A stretch of 64,000 bases of DNA, from the NCBI GenBank assembly GCA_902579985.1, contig CACHIV010000005.1, forward strand, positions 5,596-69,595, in the 5' to 3' direction. The number at the start of each line of letters is the position of its first letter. Position 1 is the stretch's first letter. Origin of the DNA: an uncultured Pelagibacteraceae bacterium. GTDB taxonomy: Bacteria > Pseudomonadota > Alphaproteobacteria > Pelagibacterales > Pelagibacteraceae. The position numbers were made by a program, and so were the translations under genes. Below the pieces are notes generated by a model. The model saw nothing but the letters and a program-made list of their open reading frames with translations. It searched no databases and had not been told where the DNA came from. Shown one piece after another: positions 59,201 through 64,000 of this stretch.

Positions 59201-59245
59201 AAATATAAAATAGATACGGAAAAACCTATACCTACAAAACTATAA
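56204..59245 (+). CDS. aceE: Pyruvate dehydrogenase E1, homodimeric type, with an N-terminal lipoyl domain
   Basis: Lipoyl domain (ESDKSSVEIPS) at aa 1-76; NDIDPLETQEWL, GGHIGTFAS, GDGEMDE, NCNLQRLDG and GEGLQHQDG motifs; 1013 aa. Confidence 0.97.
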   Translation: MTTKLVVPDIGEFENVEVIELLVKTGDQIKINDPVVTIESDKSSVEIPSTISGKIELINVKLGDKVSKGDLLLTIESSKETTTEKEIPKDTDNIIKQAEAVLKVEEKKKIFHKEKLPKKETSKIQLINSNDIDPLETQEWLESLSAVVENDGKERAHFLIKELINKAYREGANIPYTQTTPYINTIPPEAEVKSNGDQNIERRIRSLIRWNAAAMVVRANKKFPELGGHIGTFASAATLYDVGMNHFWRAKNNQFGGDLIYFQGHSAPGMYARAFLEGRLSEKQLDSFRQEVNPGGLSSYPHPWLMPNFWQFPTVSMGLGPMLAIYQARYMKYLINRGLIKDEGRKVWAFLGDGEMDEPESLGAIGLASREKLDNLIFIINCNLQRLDGPVRGNGKIIQELEGIFRGAGWNVIKVIWGSYWDSLLANDKTGHLVKTMNETVDGEYQAMKARDGAYVREKFFGKYLETKELVSNLSDKDIWRLNRGGHDPHKVFAAYDKASKNIGSPTVVIAKTIKGYGMGKSGESVNTTHQTKKLDIDDLMYYRDRFDVPLTDNQVKNIEYYKPDQKSKEIKYIKERRLKLGGFIPERTTYSKPIKVPSKDIFDNMKVSTGKKEMSTTMALVRMLTNLLRDKNFSSRLVPIIPDEARTFGMEGFFQKVGIYAHEGQKYEPEDAAQLSSYREEKSGQVLEEGITEAGAMSSWIAAGTSYTNHDIEMIPIYLFYSMFGFQRIGDLAWAGADSQSRGFLIGATAGRTTLAGEGLQHQDGHSHLIASTIPNCISYDPTFHYELAVIFREGLRRMHEKKENIFYYITTMNENYTHPDIPKEKNCEEGILKGMYKIKEFSKNKKTKIQFLGSGTILREMIAGAEILQNEYQIDSEVWSVTSFNELRRDGLETERYNLLNPDKKAKISYVEKCLGKSEGPILAASDYMRMNSDQIRPYVNNKSFYSLGTDGFGRSDTRKNLRKFFEVDKEHIVTYGLSILAKEQLITSKYASEAIKKYKIDTEKPIPTKL

Positions 59246-59246
59246 A

Positions 59247-60518
59247 ATGACAAAAGAGGATATTAAAGTTCCAAATATTGGTGAGTTTAAACATGTCGAG
59301 GTAATAGAAGTATTAATTAAAAAAGATCAATTAGTTAAAAAAAATGATCCATTAATTACAATTGAAAGTGATAAATCAAGCGTTGAAATTCCATCTACTC
59401 ATGATGGTAAAGTTTTATCTCTTAATGTTAAATTAGGTGATAAAGTTTCTGAAGGTGACAAAATATTAGATTTAGAAATAATTGATACAATTAAAACTGA
59501 AAGAGGAATTTCAAAGTTTAAAGATGAAAGAGAACAAAAAATTAAAGCAAAAACTCAATCACTAGAAAATAATTATAAAAGATCAAATCTAATTGTCAAA
59601 GATTTTACATCTAAAACACTTGCATCTCCAAAAGCAAGAAAATTTGCGAGGGAGCTTGGAGTAGATGTAAATAAAGTTTTAGGCAGCGAGAGAGAAGGAA
59701 GAGTTACAGAAAAAGATATAAAATTATTTGTTTCAAATAAATCTATTCAAAACATAAATACTAAAATTGCAAAAAAAGATCCTATTCAATTAAATTATTC
59801 TCATTCAGAATTTGGAGAAATAGAAACTAAAGATATTCCAAGAATTAAGAAACTTTCTTCAAAATATCTTATGAATTCTTGGACAAATATTCCACATGTT
59901 ACAAATCATGATGAAGCTGACATTACTGAGATGGAAGAATTTAGAAATTCCCTTACAGATATTTACACTGGAGAAAAGAAGAAAATATCTCCATTAGCTT
60001 TTATTGTGAAAGCATTAACTGCATCTTTAAAGAAATTTCCAAATTTTAATTCTTCAATTGATGAAATTGAAAGTGGCAAAATGACAATTAAAAAATATTA
60101 TCATATTGGTATTGCAGTAGATACATCTCATGGTTTAATGGTTCCAAAACTTCGGAATGCAGAAAATAAGAATATTTCTTTAATAAGTGAGGAATTAAAA
60201 AAATTAAGTGAACAATGTAGAAATCTTAAAATTGATAAAAAAGAATTATTTGGAGGATCGATGACTATAACTAGCTTAGGAGGAATTGGAGGTTCATTTT
60301 TTACTCCTATAATAAATTATCCTGAGGTTGCAATTTTAGGTATTGGTAAATCAGAAAAAAAACAAGTTTTTATAGATGGTAAATTTAAAACAAGAACCAT
60401 ACTACCTCTTTCTTTATCTTATGATCATAGAATTATTGATGGTGCAGAGGCAGCAAGATTTAACAATGATTTAAAAGAAAATCTTGGTAGTAATTTTGCA
60501 TATAAATTAGCAATATAA
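59247..60518 (+). CDS. aceF: Pyruvate dehydrogenase E2 (one lipoyl domain)
   Basis: ESDK lipoyl motif, ASPKARKFARE subunit-binding domain, SLSYDHRIIDGA motif. Confidence 0.96.
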   Translation: MTKEDIKVPNIGEFKHVEVIEVLIKKDQLVKKNDPLITIESDKSSVEIPSTHDGKVLSLNVKLGDKVSEGDKILDLEIIDTIKTERGISKFKDEREQKIKAKTQSLENNYKRSNLIVKDFTSKTLASPKARKFARELGVDVNKVLGSEREGRVTEKDIKLFVSNKSIQNINTKIAKKDPIQLNYSHSEFGEIETKDIPRIKKLSSKYLMNSWTNIPHVTNHDEADITEMEEFRNSLTDIYTGEKKKISPLAFIVKALTASLKKFPNFNSSIDEIESGKMTIKKYYHIGIAVDTSHGLMVPKLRNAENKNISLISEELKKLSEQCRNLKIDKKELFGGSMTITSLGGIGGSFFTPIINYPEVAILGIGKSEKKQVFIDGKFKTRTILPLSLSYDHRIIDGAEAARFNNDLKENLGSNFAYKLAI

Positions 60519-60548
60519 TTTTATAATAAAATATTTTAAATTTAATAA

Positions 60549-61646
60549 ATGATAAAAAGCATTAAAATTTTACCGACTAGCCTTCAGGTGAGGTTTAAAA
60601 ATGAAATAGATGATAATTTTCCTAATATATGGTTAAGAGACCACGCAAAAGATAAAGAAAATTGGGATTATAGAAGTAATCAAAGAAAAACATATACAGC
60701 ATCATTAAGTTTTAAATTATTTATAAAAGAAGCTTCTGTAATTGATGATGGTAAATATATTGAAATTTTATGGTCAGATTCAAAAAAGGCTATTAAATAT
60801 TCTGCTAAATTTCTATTAAATAATTTGTTAAAAAAAAGTGTCAAAAATAGAAAAATTATATTGTGGAAAAAAAAAGGGATAAGTAAAAAAATATTTTTTA
60901 AATATAACAATATATTATCTAAATATGGTTTTAAGGAATTTTTAAAAAATTTATATAAATTTGGTTTTTGTGTAATAACTGATTGTAAAACTGAAATTGA
61001 AACAGTTAAAAATATTGCAAATAAAATTGGATATGTAAGACAGTCTATTTTTGGTGGATTATGGGAATTTGAGTCTAACGAGGATATGGCTGACAGTGCT
61101 TATACTCAAGAAGAGTTAAGACCGCATACAGATTCAACATATAGTAATGATGCTCCAGGTCTTCAATTGTTATTATGTTGTGATTATAAAGCTAGTGGTG
61201 GAGAGTCTATAATGGTTGATGGTTTTAAAATAGCAAATATGATCAAGGATCAGGATAAAAAAATATTTGATATTCTATCAAACATTGAAGTTCCAGGAAA
61301 ATATGTTGGGGACGGAGTTATATTAGAAGCTAAAAGACCTATTTTTAAATTAAATTCTAATAAAGAATTAGTTCAAGTAAGTTTTAACAATTATGATCGC
61401 GCAGAATTTAGATTAGAAAATGAAACAATGATTAATTTTTATAAGGCTATTAAGAAATTTGATAACTTAGTTAATAAATCGGAATTTCAATGGAGGCATA
61501 TTTTAAAACCAGGTGAGTTATTAATTTTCAATAATTGGAGAGTTTTACATGGAAGAGGTTCATTTAAGGGTAAAAGAAAAATGGCAGGTTGTTATATTAA
61601 TATGGAAGATTTTGTGAGTATCTGTAAAATTAATGATCTAAATTAA
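60549..61646 (+). CDS. Gamma-butyrobetaine/trimethyllysine dioxygenase-like Fe(II)/2-oxoglutarate dioxygenase (TauD family)
   Basis: IWLRDH N-terminal domain; PHTD (HxD), GGESIMVDGF and NNWRVLHGR motifs. Confidence 0.85.
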   Translation: MIKSIKILPTSLQVRFKNEIDDNFPNIWLRDHAKDKENWDYRSNQRKTYTASLSFKLFIKEASVIDDGKYIEILWSDSKKAIKYSAKFLLNNLLKKSVKNRKIILWKKKGISKKIFFKYNNILSKYGFKEFLKNLYKFGFCVITDCKTEIETVKNIANKIGYVRQSIFGGLWEFESNEDMADSAYTQEELRPHTDSTYSNDAPGLQLLLCCDYKASGGESIMVDGFKIANMIKDQDKKIFDILSNIEVPGKYVGDGVILEAKRPIFKLNSNKELVQVSFNNYDRAEFRLENETMINFYKAIKKFDNLVNKSEFQWRHILKPGELLIFNNWRVLHGRGSFKGKRKMAGCYINMEDFVSICKINDLN

Positions 61647-61671
61647 ATTATCTTAAATTTTAAAATCAATT

Positions 61672-62559
61672 ATGACTAAATCTTTTTCTATAGTTTGTGC
61701 TTTAATTACTACCTTTATTTGGGGAACTGCATTTATTGCTCAAGATACAGGCATGGATAATATAGGACCTTTAACATTTAATGCTGCACGATTTTTTGTT
61801 GGATTTATTACAGTATTACCTATTGCATTAATTTTTGAGAGAAAAAAAATTTATCAACAAATTAATTTAAATAAGAATAAATTTTTTAAATATCTTGTGA
61901 TTATGGGATTTTCTTTATTTTTAGGAACAGCTCTTCAACAAGCCTCACTTCAATTTACTAATGTTGCTAATGCGGCTTTTTTTACAGTATTTTATGTACC
62001 ATTAGTACCTATTCTATTGTTTTTTATTTATTCTCAAAAAGTTCACTGGAGTATTTGGCCATCTATAGTTTTATGTATATATGGAGTATATCTTTTAAGT
62101 AATTTTTCAGACTCAAATATCATGAAGGGTGATGCACTTGTAATTCTCTGTTCTTTGTTTTGGGCTCTTCATATAATTTTCGCTGGTAAATTTATGGAAA
62201 TATTCGATATACCGATATTTTATGCAGCGCTGCAGGGATTATTAGTTGCTTTATTATCAATTACTTTTGCCTACACTTTTGAAGATATTGTATTTTCAAA
62301 TATTTTACTAGAAAGTACTTCTATAATTTATGCTGGAGTTTTGTCAGGGGGAGTTGCATTTACACTTCAGATGTTTGCTCAAAAAAATATAGAAGAAGCA
62401 CCAGCAGCAATTATTTATTCCCTTGAAGGTGTTTTTGCAGTAATTGCAGCATGGATAATTTTAGATCAAATTCTAAATATAAACAATGTTATAGGATGTA
62501 TTTTAATATTAGTAGCAGTTATTTTTTCACAGTTAGCTCCTGGCTTAAAGAAAAATTAA
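61672..62559 (+). CDS. DMT (EamA) family transporter
   Basis: TFIWGTAFIAQ, GPLTFNAARF, GDALV and IYSLEGVFA motifs; about 10 TM segments. Confidence 0.9.
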   Translation: MTKSFSIVCALITTFIWGTAFIAQDTGMDNIGPLTFNAARFFVGFITVLPIALIFERKKIYQQINLNKNKFFKYLVIMGFSLFLGTALQQASLQFTNVANAAFFTVFYVPLVPILLFFIYSQKVHWSIWPSIVLCIYGVYLLSNFSDSNIMKGDALVILCSLFWALHIIFAGKFMEIFDIPIFYAALQGLLVALLSITFAYTFEDIVFSNILLESTSIIYAGVLSGGVAFTLQMFAQKNIEEAPAAIIYSLEGVFAVIAAWIILDQILNINNVIGCILILVAVIFSQLAPGLKKN

Positions 62560-63323
62560 GAGTAGATTATAAAAAATAAAATCAGTGCAATAATAATTCT
62601 ATAAATTACAAATGCATTCATCGAAAACTTATTAATAAAAATTAAAAAAAATTTAATAGTAAAGTAGGAAAATAAAAAAGAAGAGATTATTGCTAAATAA
62701 ACAAGATAATTAAACTCAAAGTTTTGTTCCAGAATATCTTTCAAACCTAATGTACTCGCACCTACTAGCGCAGGTATAGATAGCAAGAAAGAGATTTTAC
62801 TTGCATCAACTCTATTAAATTTAAAAATTCTTGCAGCAGTTATTGTGATTCCAGCTCTACTTACACCTGGTACTAGGGCAAGGACTTGAAATAAGCCTAT
62901 ATAAAAAATTGTTTTTAAATTTAAATCTGTTGAAATATTTTTATATAATTTTCTTTTATCAGCCAAGTATAAAAGAATTCCAAATATTAAAGTTGTCCAA
63001 GCAATTATTCTAATATCTCTAAATAAATAAATAGCATTTGTTTTATATAGAAGATAACCAATCGTAATTAATGGAATAGAACCAATAATAATTAAAAATA
63101 ATAATTTTTTATTATTTTTTAAATCAAATAATTCTTTTTTAAAAAAAAATAAAATTGCTAATAAAGATCCAAAATGCAAACTAACATCTATTAATAACGA
63201 GCTGGATTTAAATTCATACAATGTAGATACGACGATTAAATGTGCAGATGAGCTAATAGGTAGAAATTCAGAAACACCTTGTATAAGAGACAAAATTATA
63301 ATTTCTATAATATTTGTAAGCAT
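62556..63323 (-). CDS. uppP: Undecaprenyl-diphosphatase
   Basis: QGVSEFLPISSSAHL, LHFGS and PGVSRAGIT motifs. Confidence 0.96.
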   Translation of the reverse strand: MLTNIIEIIILSLIQGVSEFLPISSSAHLIVVSTLYEFKSSSLLIDVSLHFGSLLAILFFFKKELFDLKNNKKLLFLIIIGSIPLITIGYLLYKTNAIYLFRDIRIIAWTTLIFGILLYLADKRKLYKNISTDLNLKTIFYIGLFQVLALVPGVSRAGITITAARIFKFNRVDASKISFLLSIPALVGASTLGLKDILEQNFEFNYLVYLAIISSFLFSYFTIKFFLIFINKFSMNAFVIYRIIIALILFFIIYS

Positions 63324-63503
63324 TTTCTTTCGTAGCTTAAATAAAGCTTAAATTAAACAATTCGATGGTAGCACTACAGGTATGCAGAAAAGTAAAAATC
63401 ATTGAAAATTGTAATTTTTTTAAAAATAAAGGTCATAAATACTGACTTAGTTTTACTTTTATTACTTAAAAACCTGATATATTATCAAAAAAAAAGGGTA
63501 AAA

Positions 63504-64000
63504 ATGTCAAATAAAATGCTTAAATTTGTTAAAATAGGTCAACAGAACCCACCTAAAAGGGAAGTTCCTAATAGAAAAAATAATTTTAACGAAATTTATG
63601 ATGAGTTTATTAAGGAAAAAGCTGGAGAACAAGCTAGTAGATGTTCTCAGTGTGGGGTCCCATTTTGCCAAGTACATTGTCCGTTAAGCAATAATATTCC
63701 TGATTGGTTAAAATTGACAGCTGAAGGAAGAATAAAAGAAGCATATGATTTAGCTCAAAGCACAAACAATATGCCGGAAGTTTGTGGAAGAATTTGTCCT
63801 CAAGACAGATTGTGTGAAGGTAATTGTGTCATTGAACAATCTGGGCATGGAACGGTTACTATAGGAGCAGTCGAAAAATATATAACTGATACTGCATGGA
63901 AGGAAGGATGGGTTAAACCCATTCAAGTTAATAATGAAAGAGATCAAAGTGTGGGTATTATAGGTGCAGGACCTGCAGGTTTAGCTGCGGGTGAACAATT
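63504..64000 (+). CDS. gltD: Glutamate synthase small subunit, partial (runs off the window end)
   Basis: Manual translation MSNKMLKFV...QASRCSQCGVPFCQVHCPLSNNIPDWL...VCGRICPQDRLCEGNC...IIGAGPAGLAA. Confidence 0.95.
   Translation, partial: MSNKMLKFVKIGQQNPPKREVPNRKNNFNEIYDEFIKEKAGEQASRCSQCGVPFCQVHCPLSNNIPDWLKLTAEGRIKEAYDLAQSTNNMPEVCGRICPQDRLCEGNCVIEQSGHGTVTIGAVEKYITDTAWKEGWVKPIQVNNERDQSVGIIGAGPAGLAAGEQ

Noticed and set aside
3005-63947. Many 60-185 aa track ORFs antisense or out of frame within known genes (e.g. 21932-22393, 24114-24503, 35217-35774, 42093-42491, 43234-43557, 57447-57737, 63750-63947)
   Set aside because: Nested in well-supported genes on the opposite strand or frame, with Ser/Ile/Phe-rich shadow composition and no motifs.
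1-64000. CRISPR arrays, IS elements, prophage, rRNA, or known riboswitches (including a SAM riboswitch near metK)
   Set aside because: No repeat-spacer arrays, transposase/integrase/phage ORFs or rRNA-like sequence seen; metK overlaps lnt and has no leader.

Overview
A 64-kb core-genome segment of a very AT-rich (roughly 30% GC by eye), tightly packed alphaproteobacterium. Gene content, gene order and protein style point to SAR11/Pelagibacterales (inference). It runs from a partial dnaK to a partial gltD. It includes grpE, rdgB, maeB, murJ, trpS, tsaB-fur-miaB-phoH-ybeY-lnt-metK, nusA-infB-rbfA-rpsO-pnp, fabA-fabB-fabI, irr plus a rubrerythrin/Fe-S oxidoreductase/DUF3501 cluster, ubiE-ubiB-coaBC-dut, mutM, rpsT, dnaA-dnaN, argH-lysA-plsC, tRNA-Leu(CAA), a SUV3-like helicase-terB-fdxA-carD operon, tRNA-Arg(ACG), a thiolase and aceE-aceF. 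I saw no integrase, transposase, CRISPR array or prophage. The most interesting signals lie in the gaps the ORF track missed. (1) A stand-alone transcription unit (promoter, 5' inverted repeat with two GANTC sites, strong SD, polar terminator) encodes a 22-aa protamine/H1-like peptide, MAKRRKKAKKKAKKKAKKRRRR. It converges on a CarD that itself carries a ~100-aa lysine-rich N-terminal tail. (2) Several other small proteins are unannotated, including a 49-aa two-helix membrane protein ending the fab operon. (3) Three Irr (ICE) boxes lie around irr and rubrerythrin. (4) A terminator sits 13 nt before nusA, consistent with attenuation. (5) AceE is fused to an N-terminal lipoyl domain. (6) tRNA-Arg has a non-canonical A53-U61 pair. 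Many genes normally interleaved in these alphaproteobacterial clusters (hrcA, rph, hemW, rimI, corC, trmB, rimP, ylxR, truB, recF, gyrB, hslR) are absent from their usual positions. All calls were made by eye with no database searches.
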